The notes beneath the pieces were generated by a model that made no database searches, had not been told where the DNA came from, and saw only the letters and a program-made list of their open reading frames with translations. A program made the translations under genes and the position numbers. Positions 9,746 through 18,625 of a stretch of 64,000 nucleotides of DNA are shown one piece after another (position 1 is the first letter of the stretch; every line of letters begins with the position of its first letter). Where the stretch lies: assembly GCA_016933575.1 (NCBI GenBank), contig JAFGAR010000070.1:1-64000 (forward strand), in the 5' to 3' direction. The DNA comes from Candidatus Thorarchaeota archaeon (GTDB lineage Archaea > Asgardarchaeota > Thorarchaeia > Thorarchaeales > Thorarchaeaceae).

Positions 9746-10075
9746 ATGACCGACTTAGGGATTGAAGACATAGTTGTTGGAAATGGCGAGTTTCCAAGGA
9801 CTGGACAGACAGTCATTGTTCACTACACCGGCTGGCTCACTAACGGGAAGAAATTTGATAGCTCTGTAGATCGAGATGAACCCTTTGAATTCACGATTGG
9901 TGTTGGACAAGTCATTCAAGGGTGGGATGAGGGTGTGATGTCTATGCGAGTTGGAGGCAAGCGAAAACTCACAATTCCCCCTGGACTTGCCTATGGCTCT
10001 CAAGATGTTGGTGACGGTTTGATTCCTCCAAACTCAACACTGGTCTTTGAAGTTGAGCTTCTCGGACTAAAATGA
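9746..10075 (+). CDS. FKBP-type peptidyl-prolyl isomerase
   Basis: VHYTGWL.NGKKFDSS, VIQGWDEG, IPP.LAYG and IPPNSTLVFEVELL motifs. Confidence 0.96.
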   Translation: MTDLGIEDIVVGNGEFPRTGQTVIVHYTGWLTNGKKFDSSVDRDEPFEFTIGVGQVIQGWDEGVMSMRVGGKRKLTIPPGLAYGSQDVGDGLIPPNSTLVFEVELLGLK

Positions 10076-10133
10076 TTATTAACAGAAGAAATATCTGAAA
10101 GGTTGTTTAGATAATCATACAGGTGGCCTTAAG

Positions 10134-10406
10134 GTGAAAGAAGACGACGAAGACCCAGCTAACAAACTCATCAAACGCCTCACTGAGATACATGATGAGA
10201 TTGGTGGAAAATGTGAAGGCTGTGGCTATGAGGCTCCTGATAGTGAATTCTTCAATTGCGAGTTCTGTGGTGCCCCCATCTGTACATACTGCCACAATAT
10301 GACAGAGGATTGTTCGTTTATCTGCAGAGACTGTATTAAGAAAAAGGGATTGACAGCAGATGATGTACAATTCACTGAGGATGGTGCTGGGAGGTCCTTC
10401 TTCTAA
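10134..10406 (+). CDS. Small multi-Cys zinc-finger protein
   Basis: CEGC, CEFC, CTYC and CSFICRDC in 90 aa, GTG start. Confidence 0.7.
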   Translation: MKEDDEDPANKLIKRLTEIHDEIGGKCEGCGYEAPDSEFFNCEFCGAPICTYCHNMTEDCSFICRDCIKKKGLTADDVQFTEDGAGRSFF

Positions 10407-10436
10407 CTCTGCAAAGAATAGAATCACTTCTAAAAT

Positions 10437-10769
10437 CTAGAAATGACCTAGTTCTTTCTTTCGTTTTTGCGCCTCTCTAATAGTATCAGCGTAAGCCTTT
10501 GCTTTCGTTACCCGCGAATCTGATGGGTTTGCCCTGGTTGCTCGGTCGAAGGAATATGCAGCTTTGATCTTGTAAAGATTCGCTCTTGCATAGTCTCCCT
10601 CTCCCTCAATCTGCGTGCCCAAAATATTACACGCACTCGCAAGAGCCCACCATGCATCAAAAGAAGATGGATCTAGACTTGTGGCTTGGTCATAGGCCTC
10701 AATTGCCTGTTCAATCTTTCCTACCATCATTTCATTTTTACCTTTTTCTAACCACTCATTCGCATCCAT
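10437..10769 (-). CDS. Small TPR protein
   Basis: WLEKG...AIEAYDQATSLDP...AWWALA...FDRATRANP. Confidence 0.75.
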   Translation of the reverse strand: MDANEWLEKGKNEMMVGKIEQAIEAYDQATSLDPSSFDAWWALASACNILGTQIEGEGDYARANLYKIKAAYSFDRATRANPSDSRVTKAKAYADTIREAQKRKKELGHF

Positions 10770-11057
10770 GTCATTGACCCATCCTTCAACATCTCTATCG
10801 ACTCATAAGTTCGAGGATTGGATTCTTAGCATATGATATTGCCAATCTTCTACCCTATATTCTGATTAAACTCATAGCACCAAGTGGTTTATTTTTTTCC
10901 AATCACAAAGAGCGCATATCTAGCAAATTGAACACCGTCATCATCCGTCTCATACTCTGATATCTTGGAATATTTCAGAGTAATAGAATTACTCACTTAT
11001 TCCGAGAGAAGTTCCCTTAATGTCGCATGATAACCTCCTAGAACTCGGTGCAAAATA

Positions 11058-11906
11058 ATGCGATATGGTATTTCAGTCCCTAACTTTGGAATCTTTGGAA
11101 ATATTGACACTCTTGTTGAAATTGCCGTTGAAGCTGAGGAATGCGGTTGGGATGGATTCTTTATGTGGGATCACATGTTAATATTCAGGGAAGAGCCTAT
11201 CCTTGAGTTTGTTGACCCTTGGATTGCGATGACTGCCATAGCATGCAATACGAAGAAGATGAAGTTGGGTCCCTTAGTCACTCCATTACCGAGAAGAAGA
11301 CCTTGGAAACTTGCTAGAGAAGCAGTGACCCTTGACCATCTCTCAAAAGGTAGACTTGTGCTTGGAGTTGGTATTGGCGCACCTCCTGAGGCGGAATATG
11401 TTGCTTTCAATGAAGAGGGAAACGCAGGAATAAGAGCTGAGAAACTTGATGAGTGTCTGGAAATTATTACTGGGCTTTGGTCTGGAGAAAAGTTCTCTTT
11501 CTCAGGAAAACATTACAATCTTGAAGAGATGACATTCCTACCCAGACCCTGCCAAAGACCCAGAATTCCGATTTGGGTGGGTGGTGGTTGGCCATTCACT
11601 GCACCATTCAAGCGAGCAGCTCGTTTTGATGGAGTTGCACCAGTCCATTCAAAATGGCCTAAGCAACTTGAAACTGCAAATCTTGTAGAAATACTAAAGG
11701 TTGTGAAATCGGAACGACAGAGTCTGGAAAACTATGATATAGTGGTCTGTGGATACACATCAGGAACTGATAGTACTAAGGATCGCGAAACAATAGCGTC
11801 TTGGGCAAACTTGGGTGTTACATGGTGGACCGAAGAAATCAGTGATATACGAGCAAAATTGGATGAATTGAGAAATAGAATTCGTGCAGGTCCTCCATCT
11901 GAGTAA
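11058..11906 (+). CDS. LLM-class flavin-dependent oxidoreductase (luciferase-like)
   Basis: GWDGFFMWDH, DPWIAM, RRRPWKLARE..TLDHLSKGRLVLGVG and PIWVGG motifs. Confidence 0.92.
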   Translation: MRYGISVPNFGIFGNIDTLVEIAVEAEECGWDGFFMWDHMLIFREEPILEFVDPWIAMTAIACNTKKMKLGPLVTPLPRRRPWKLAREAVTLDHLSKGRLVLGVGIGAPPEAEYVAFNEEGNAGIRAEKLDECLEIITGLWSGEKFSFSGKHYNLEEMTFLPRPCQRPRIPIWVGGGWPFTAPFKRAARFDGVAPVHSKWPKQLETANLVEILKVVKSERQSLENYDIVVCGYTSGTDSTKDRETIASWANLGVTWWTEEISDIRAKLDELRNRIRAGPPSE

Positions 11907-12012
11907 TTAGAATTCTAGACTCTATCGTTTGATAGCATTGGATTTGTCGGTTTGATGAAATCCTGCGTCGAACATATCCTTTAATTCACGAATGCATATC
12001 TGCATAGAAGCT

Positions 12013-12819
12013 ATGCCTATTCAAAACAATGTCCGTACTTTTGGGATAATAGCTATTCTACTGATAGGAGTTGCCGCAACTGCAGTTGTTGCAGTGCAGT
12101 TCATGAACAATTCATCACAAGATGGTCCATTACCTGGCACACTAGATGTCATGCTTCTCACAAATGCTGGTGTGATGTTGGAGACATCCGATACTCGGAT
12201 ATACATTGACCCCATTTCACTAAATGAAAGCTTTGAATCATATCCAGCTGATATCGTGCTAGTGACTCATCCTTATGGAGATCACTATGAACCTGATTCA
12301 CTTGATATCATAAAAACAAATGATACTGTATTCATCTTCCCAGCAAATATGTCTGCAGAAGTAGCTCTGTATGGTGCTATCGGCGTAGTGCCTGGAGAAA
12401 CAGTACTTGTAGGTGATATCAATATCACTGCATTCTATATGTACACACTTCCGGTTGATATCTATCCTGCTAGTCATCCAGCTGAAGCGAACTGGACCAG
12501 TTACATTATCCAAATAGATGGATTCACAATATTTCATGCAGGCGATTCGAAGAATATTGTTGAATACTATCAAATTGCTGATCTAATTGATCTTGCATTT
12601 CTCCCTCTCGGTCCTGGTTGCCAGACTATGTATGGGTATGAAGTAGTCCAAGCAATTGAACGTATCGACCCAGAATACTTCATTCCTATTCACTATGGCG
12701 ATGGAGTTCAAGACTCGTGGACTGCCTCTTATGGGGACGATGTTGAGGAATTGACTGACTGCACCCTAATTGTCTTGGATTATTGGACTATGCATACATT
12801 TGACTTGATGTCACCATAA
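12013..12819 (+). CDS. Membrane-anchored/secreted MBL-fold protein
   Basis: N-terminal TM/signal, IYIDP, THPYGDH, IFHAGD and FIPIHY motifs. Confidence 0.8.
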   Translation: MPIQNNVRTFGIIAILLIGVAATAVVAVQFMNNSSQDGPLPGTLDVMLLTNAGVMLETSDTRIYIDPISLNESFESYPADIVLVTHPYGDHYEPDSLDIIKTNDTVFIFPANMSAEVALYGAIGVVPGETVLVGDINITAFYMYTLPVDIYPASHPAEANWTSYIIQIDGFTIFHAGDSKNIVEYYQIADLIDLAFLPLGPGCQTMYGYEVVQAIERIDPEYFIPIHYGDGVQDSWTASYGDDVEELTDCTLIVLDYWTMHTFDLMSP

Positions 12820-12828
12820 TATTATCTA

Positions 12829-12870
12829 TGAGCTGATGAATCACATTCACCAGCTCAATGATTTTCTTGT
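12829..12870 (+). terminator. Stem-loop putative terminator
   Basis: TGAGCTG-ATGAAT-cac-ATTCAC-CAGCTCA (12829-12857) followed by GATTTTCTTGT. Confidence 0.5.
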
Positions 12871-12986
12871 CTGAAAGACAACTGCATTGTTTAAGTATTA
12901 GTCACAATCTATTCTAGATTCATAGGCTCCTTTGGAATTTTCAAATCTATCAAATTCTAGGCGCATCTTCATCCGAGGTCTCAGTT

Positions 12987-13676
12987 ATGAATGATGAAAA
13001 CAGGATTCCAGACAAGCGACCAATACTCTTTGAATTGTTCTGTCCAATTTGTGGTGGGTCAGTTTATGCTATTGATGAGGAGGTTGCATATATTGGAAGG
13101 CTTGAGGTCGGTCTTCACCCAGAAGGATTCACAATTACGAAATTGGAATGTGTACTATGTCGTGAAACCTTCCAGGTTAAAGGTATCGGACTGAAGTATG
13201 AGCAGAGTATTGCAGATGAATTAGGTTGGCCATTCCCAACGGAGATTGAAGACGGACCGAGTGCCATTCCACCACATGTGGAGAAACGAATGCGACTCCG
13301 TGAACAAGGCAGTGATTCTCATGACCTGTCTATTGATGACTTCTATGCAGACAACTTTGATCGTTATCCATATCCTTTGGAAAAAGATGTGTTACGGTAT
13401 CTATTGAGACGAAAGTGTCGTTTCATTCATGATATGAATGCAATTTGCGAAATTACTGTGCACATAGGGGAAGGTTCCCATCTCGCACGAATCTTAGGAC
13501 TCTCCAGCCAGTTTGGACTTGAACGCGAATGGTTATCCGAAAAAATTTCAGCTGAAAATTTCTCTGTTGGTGATATCATTGAGTCAAGTCAAAAACAGCC
13601 TGGTGGAAAGACCGTTCGCATCTATTTTATTCTCCATAAAGATGAGTTCGTACCTATTGCTTCCCAAAAGAAATGA
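12987..13676 (+). CDS. Hypothetical protein with N-terminal Zn ribbon
   Basis: CPICGG...CVLC, 229-aa ORF with GAGG upstream. Confidence 0.6.
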   Translation: MNDENRIPDKRPILFELFCPICGGSVYAIDEEVAYIGRLEVGLHPEGFTITKLECVLCRETFQVKGIGLKYEQSIADELGWPFPTEIEDGPSAIPPHVEKRMRLREQGSDSHDLSIDDFYADNFDRYPYPLEKDVLRYLLRRKCRFIHDMNAICEITVHIGEGSHLARILGLSSQFGLEREWLSEKISAENFSVGDIIESSQKQPGGKTVRIYFILHKDEFVPIASQKK

Positions 13677-13772
13677 ATCATATTTCCGTAGAGATCAAGA
13701 AAAAATCTGGCCATATCACTTGTATGGCCGATAGGAACCTAGGTTTTAAAGATTTCAAAGTAAATAGGCGGT

Positions 13773-13892
13773 TTATCTTCTGAACGAAGCCCTATAGAGT
13801 TCGACTCTTACATCGCTCTTGAAGGATTTCAATTTCTCTAGATTTTCCTCGCCTGTGTTACTTTCCCTTTTGAATGATTTAGCAAATGCCAT
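13773..13892 (-). CDS. Possible 39-aa small protein
   Basis: ATG-TAA ORF MAFAKSFKRESNTGEENLEKLKSFKSDVRVELYRASFRR, divergent from the kinase and below the ORF-track cutoff. Confidence 0.3.
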   Translation of the reverse strand: MAFAKSFKRESNTGEENLEKLKSFKSDVRVELYRASFRR

Positions 13893-13959
13893 TGTATTTC
13901 ACTGAAATCTAAGCAATATCAATAGCATATCTATTCACGTTAGAACGCAAGTTGCTTTT

Positions 13960-13987
13960 TTTGCAAATTTGCATGACATACATGCAA
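13960..13987. promoter_or_regulatory. Palindromic putative operator upstream of the kinase operon
   Basis: TTGCATG-acata-CATGCAA (13969-13987) next to TTTGCAAA (13960-13967). Confidence 0.35.
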
Positions 13988-14171
13988 GAAACCGAAAAAG
14001 CTGGTTCATTTTTTTACAATCAATCTATGATTCTATCAATATTGTTATTTTGCAAGATTTACTAGAAAAATATTAAGCAAATCAAGGACCGACTTGTACT
14101 ATATACAGTCCAGATTACTCTATTTACAAAATCTGGGAATTGTTTTCTCAATTAATGGTGAGTGACTGATT

Positions 14172-17100
14172 ATGGCTCAAATCTCATGGACTGATCACTT
14201 CAAAATTAAGGAATTCGTAGAGGATATCGGGATTGGATTTGTAGTATTAACTGAAGATGGTCAGATTCTTCATTCTAATTCACAATTTTTGCATATGTTA
14301 GATTACACGCAAGAAGAGATTGTTGGGCTCAATTTTGAGTCATTACAAACAAATGAACCAAAATTAGTGATTCATGATATCACTAGTGGGGATAAAGAGA
14401 TCACACTATCGTCCAGAACTGGGTCTGATGTTTCTGTTATCGTAAAGGGCCGTAAATTGGATGAACAAAAATCAATCTTCTATCTTCTTATTTCGCAAAG
14501 CGATGAAGATCAACCGCGATTCACACCGAGGTTTCTACAAGCCCTAGAACTAGCATCTCCTCGAATGATCATTGTTGACCCAGAGCTGAAAATTCAATAT
14601 GTAAATCATGTAGTAGCAAGTTTGCAGTCAGTCAAAATGATCGGACGTTCAGCTCTTGATGGAGTTGAGTCACAATATCGTGATGGTCTTCGTGATGCGA
14701 TAGAAGCTGTTTTCCAAGATTGTGTCCCCGGATCTATTGAGATCTCGGAAACAGAACCTAATCAATCAACATCATGGTATGTTCTACGAATTAGTCCAAT
14801 CATAGAGCATGCAAAAGTAGCATCCGTTATACTTACTGCAACTGATATTACCGAGCGTGTGCTCGCAGAGAGAGCACTTAGAGAAGAAGAATCAAAGTAC
14901 CGTAGTATCATTGAACAATCTCTCATCGGAATTGCTATACTTCCTCCTGAACTTACTAGCATTTTGTTTTCTAATAACCAGCTTAGCGCAATCCTTGGAT
15001 ATTCACAAAGCGAATTATCTTCTATGACTGGTCAGATATTGTCTAAACTCGTGTGTGATGAAGATCGAGATAGTCTTGTAAAGTATCTCGAGACTTGTAC
15101 TCGTGGTGAGAAAACAGGAGAATTACTCCGAATCCGATTAAATCATAAAACTGGATCAACAGCTTGGGTCGAGCTTTCAACAGGTAGAATCGAGTATCAG
15201 GGGCAGATAGCTTTGCAGATCTCACTAGTAGATATTACACGACGGCTTGAGATGGAAGAAGGGCTTGTTGAAAGTGCTGTTCGTGAAAAGACATTGCTAC
15301 AATCCTTGAATGATCTCGTAATTGTTCATGATGAGAATGATCGATATCTTGAATTATATACAGGCAATACAGAGATGCTTCTCGGTAAACCAGAAAACAT
15401 CCTTGGTAGACATATATCCGATGTGCTTCCTGAAGAAATAGCGCTGATATATCTTGATTGCATCCATGAAGTCAGGAGTTCTCGCAAGACTAAGTCGATT
15501 GACTATTCTCTGAAAATCAATGATGAAATTCGATGGTTTTCTACAATAATGAGTCCTCACGAGAAAGAAGGCAGTATCATCAGTGTTGTTAGAGACATCA
15601 CAGATCGGTATATTGCTGAAATAACAAATCAAAGAGATCGAAGAATCTTTCGAGATATTGCACATGAACTATTGAATACAAGGGATTACAATCAACTGAC
15701 AATCAATATTCTGAATAGCATAAAAGAGAACTTTGAATTTGATCTAGGGCTCTTTATCTATTATGATCCAGAAAGAGAGGTCTTAGTTAAGGCAGCATCT
15801 GTTGGAGATATGAAGGGACCTAATCCTCCAGAAATCTCCCTCTCCGATAAAATAGCAGATTCCTACGTGGTTATCCATGCCTTCAAGACCAAACAACCCC
15901 TCTTTATTTCTCATATTGAGAAAGAGCGACAAGAGCTTGACTTTCTAAATCGCTTACGAGAACAAGGCGCACAATCTGCCATTGCTATACCGATTCTTGA
16001 CGACAATCATGATGCTATAGCAGTAATAAGTTTTGCATCAACCAAGCCTAGATTATTTACAGATGGTGACTTGGAGTTATTTTCAACAATATCAGGGATG
16101 ATTGCAACTCTAACCGATCGACAAAAAGTTGAACTTCAGAGACAAATCGCTCAAGAAACTCTGGAAAGAGAACGCAGAGCATTTCAGACAATCGCTAATG
16201 CAGCAATAGCAAGTTCTGATACTTTAGATTTAGGTACAAATATTATGCAGGGTCTCATTGAAACCCTTGGTTTTGACTTCGGCACCCTTCGGCTTTTCGA
16301 TGCGAATGAACAGGTTCTAAAACCAACTGCAATTGTTGGTATCAATGTCTCGAACTTAACAACACAGATTCCCTGTCGCTTTGATGAAAAACCATCACAC
16401 CTTGTTTCACATGTTGCATTGACAAGGGAAAAAATAATTGCTCCTGATACCTATCAACATGAGTCCACACTTCTTTTCAAAAAGAGGTTAGATGAACTGA
16501 ATGTGAAGTCGATTGTGGTCTGGCCAATATTGAATGCGAAAGAAGATATGATTGGAGTCATGAGCATAGGATCTTATGAACACAGAGCAATTCCTGAATC
16601 TACTGAACCTTTCTTTGATGCTCTTTCAGGAATGTTATCAACTGTTATAGAACGTAAGAAGACAGAACAAGCTCTGATTATTAGTAAACGGAGATATCAG
16701 GAGCTCATCACTGATATCTCTGAAGGGATTGGAATAGCAGACTTGGAAGAAAATCTTCTTTTCGTAAATGACTCCTTCGCAGAGATGTTGGGTCACACAA
16801 GAGCAGAACTAATTGGTATGAACTTGCGCGAGATTGTTGCTCCTGAGGATATACCGACAATAGTAATGAACACAAAGCTTAGACTAGAAGGAAAGACATC
16901 AAGCTATATTCATAGTTTCATTCGAAAGAACGGCGAACAAATAGTAGTCAGAGTTTCTGGTGTGCCATCTAGAGATGATAGTGGTACAATCGATGGTACT
17001 ATAGCTATAGTTACTGATATTACTGAAATGGTCAAAGCAGAAGAAGCTCTAAGAGAATCAGAGATTCGATTCAGAAGTGTTTTTGAAACATCTCCGGTTG

Positions 17101-18179
17101 GAATGCATCTTCATGAGATGTCTGATTCTGGAGAGATCATCCTAGTGGATGCTAATCCAGCTGCAGATGTGGTTCTAAGGGCAAAACATGATGAGCTAAT
17201 TGGAAAACCCATACAATTAGCTGTACCAGAGAGGTATCATGAAAATGGATTGATAGAAAGATACTATGATATCATAAGAACAGGAATCCCTTGGAGTACT
17301 GAACGATTGATGGAACGCGATGGCAATGTTTTTGGAGCATTGCAGATTCAAATCTATCGAACCTCTCCACGTACCCTAGTCACCTCTTTCTTGGATATCT
17401 CAGAGCGTGTCATCGCGGAAAGGGAAATTCGCAAACTGAATGAAGAACTTTCAAATCGTGTCGAGGAGCGGACAGCAGAACTTGCTGCAGTAAACAAGGA
17501 ACTAGAGGCTTTTGCGTATTCCGTATCACATGATCTTCGAGCTCCGCTTCGTACAATTGATGGGTTCAGTCAAGCTCTACTTGAAGACTACTATAACGCT
17601 GTTGATGAAACGGGACAAGACTATCTTCAACGAGTAAGATCCGCTGCTATTAGGATGGGTCTACTAATCGAGGATATACTTTCTCTCTCACGAGTGACAA
17701 GATCTGATATGGATCGCATTTCGGTCAATCTATCAGATCTCGTTAATGAGATCATAAAGGAAATCAAAGATAGAGACCCAGAACGTGAGGTTGAAGTAAG
17801 AGTGTCTGAAACAGGAGATATTCGATGTGACCGACGACTTATGAAAATTGCATTACAGAATCTACTTGAGAACTCATGGAAATTCACTCATAATGTTGAG
17901 AATCCTAAAATCCAGTTTGGAACCAAGAAAATTGATGAGAAGACCGTATACTTTGTCCAAGATAATGGTGCTGGATTTGATATGAAAAATAAGGATAAAC
18001 TATTTGTACCGTTTCAACGATTGCACATGGAAGAGGAGTTTGAAGGATCTGGGATAGGTCTTGCAACTGTTCAGCGAATTCTGAACAGACACGGAGGATT
18101 AATTTGGGCGGAAAGCCAAGTCGGCAAAGGTTCAACCTTCTATTTCACAATACCCGAGAAAAGTGAGGCTGAAAATTGA
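14172..18179 (+). CDS. Soluble multi-sensor histidine kinase (about 6 PAS plus 2 GAF, HisKA, HATPase)
   Basis: Repeated PAC ends (DITER, DITRR, DITDR, DITEM, DISER), H-box FAYSVSHDLRAPLR, N-box NLLENSWKF, DNGAGF and GSGIGLA. Confidence 0.93.
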   Translation: MAQISWTDHFKIKEFVEDIGIGFVVLTEDGQILHSNSQFLHMLDYTQEEIVGLNFESLQTNEPKLVIHDITSGDKEITLSSRTGSDVSVIVKGRKLDEQKSIFYLLISQSDEDQPRFTPRFLQALELASPRMIIVDPELKIQYVNHVVASLQSVKMIGRSALDGVESQYRDGLRDAIEAVFQDCVPGSIEISETEPNQSTSWYVLRISPIIEHAKVASVILTATDITERVLAERALREEESKYRSIIEQSLIGIAILPPELTSILFSNNQLSAILGYSQSELSSMTGQILSKLVCDEDRDSLVKYLETCTRGEKTGELLRIRLNHKTGSTAWVELSTGRIEYQGQIALQISLVDITRRLEMEEGLVESAVREKTLLQSLNDLVIVHDENDRYLELYTGNTEMLLGKPENILGRHISDVLPEEIALIYLDCIHEVRSSRKTKSIDYSLKINDEIRWFSTIMSPHEKEGSIISVVRDITDRYIAEITNQRDRRIFRDIAHELLNTRDYNQLTINILNSIKENFEFDLGLFIYYDPEREVLVKAASVGDMKGPNPPEISLSDKIADSYVVIHAFKTKQPLFISHIEKERQELDFLNRLREQGAQSAIAIPILDDNHDAIAVISFASTKPRLFTDGDLELFSTISGMIATLTDRQKVELQRQIAQETLERERRAFQTIANAAIASSDTLDLGTNIMQGLIETLGFDFGTLRLFDANEQVLKPTAIVGINVSNLTTQIPCRFDEKPSHLVSHVALTREKIIAPDTYQHESTLLFKKRLDELNVKSIVVWPILNAKEDMIGVMSIGSYEHRAIPESTEPFFDALSGMLSTVIERKKTEQALIISKRRYQELITDISEGIGIADLEENLLFVNDSFAEMLGHTRAELIGMNLREIVAPEDIPTIVMNTKLRLEGKTSSYIHSFIRKNGEQIVVRVSGVPSRDDSGTIDGTIAIVTDITEMVKAEEALRESEIRFRSVFETSPVGMHLHEMSDSGEIILVDANPAADVVLRAKHDELIGKPIQLAVPERYHENGLIERYYDIIRTGIPWSTERLMERDGNVFGALQIQIYRTSPRTLVTSFLDISERVIAEREIRKLNEELSNRVEERTAELAAVNKELEAFAYSVSHDLRAPLRTIDGFSQALLEDYYNAVDETGQDYLQRVRSAAIRMGLLIEDILSLSRVTRSDMDRISVNLSDLVNEIIKEIKDRDPEREVEVRVSETGDIRCDRRLMKIALQNLLENSWKFTHNVENPKIQFGTKKIDEKTVYFVQDNGAGFDMKNKDKLFVPFQRLHMEEEFEGSGIGLATVQRILNRHGGLIWAESQVGKGSTFYFTIPEKSEAEN

Positions 18180-18625
18180 GTAGCAGAAAGATACTCCTCG
18201 TTGAGGATAGCACTGATGACGTTTTATTGACATTAAGAGCACTTCAAAGAGCGAATATCCTAAACGAAGTGATTGTTACCCGTGATGGACAAGAGGCTTT
18301 CGAGTATCTCACCGCTGATGGTCAGTATGCAGGAAGAAACATTTCTGAGCAACCTGTTGTTGTCTTGCTGGACCTAAAGATGCCACGGATGGGAGGTCTG
18401 GAACTACTGCAACGAATACGCTCAATCAAGACATTGAAGTTGTTACCTGTAGTCATTCTCACCTCCTCAAAAGAGGATAAAGACATCTGCGAGAGCTATA
18501 ATCTTGGAGCAAATAGCTACATTCAGAAACCTGTAGATTTCGATCAATTTGTACAAGCAATCCGCACACTAGGTCTCTACTGGCTTGTCCTCAATGTTAG
18601 TCCACTTGGAGGGAGTGCAGACTGA
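18176..18625 (+). CDS. Single-domain response regulator, Rcp1-like
   Basis: ILLVEDS.DD, LLDLKMP, VVILTSS, GANSYIQKPVDF and C-terminal YWL. TTG start overlaps the kinase stop. Confidence 0.93.
   Translation: MSSRKILLVEDSTDDVLLTLRALQRANILNEVIVTRDGQEAFEYLTADGQYAGRNISEQPVVVLLDLKMPRMGGLELLQRIRSIKTLKLLPVVILTSSKEDKDICESYNLGANSYIQKPVDFDQFVQAIRTLGLYWLVLNVSPLGGSAD

Noticed and set aside
14172-18179. Phytochrome or cyanobacteriochrome photoreceptor
   Set aside because: The transmitter is phytochrome-like, but there are no DIP, PCH or PRxSF bilin-binding motifs and no LOV NCRFLQ motif
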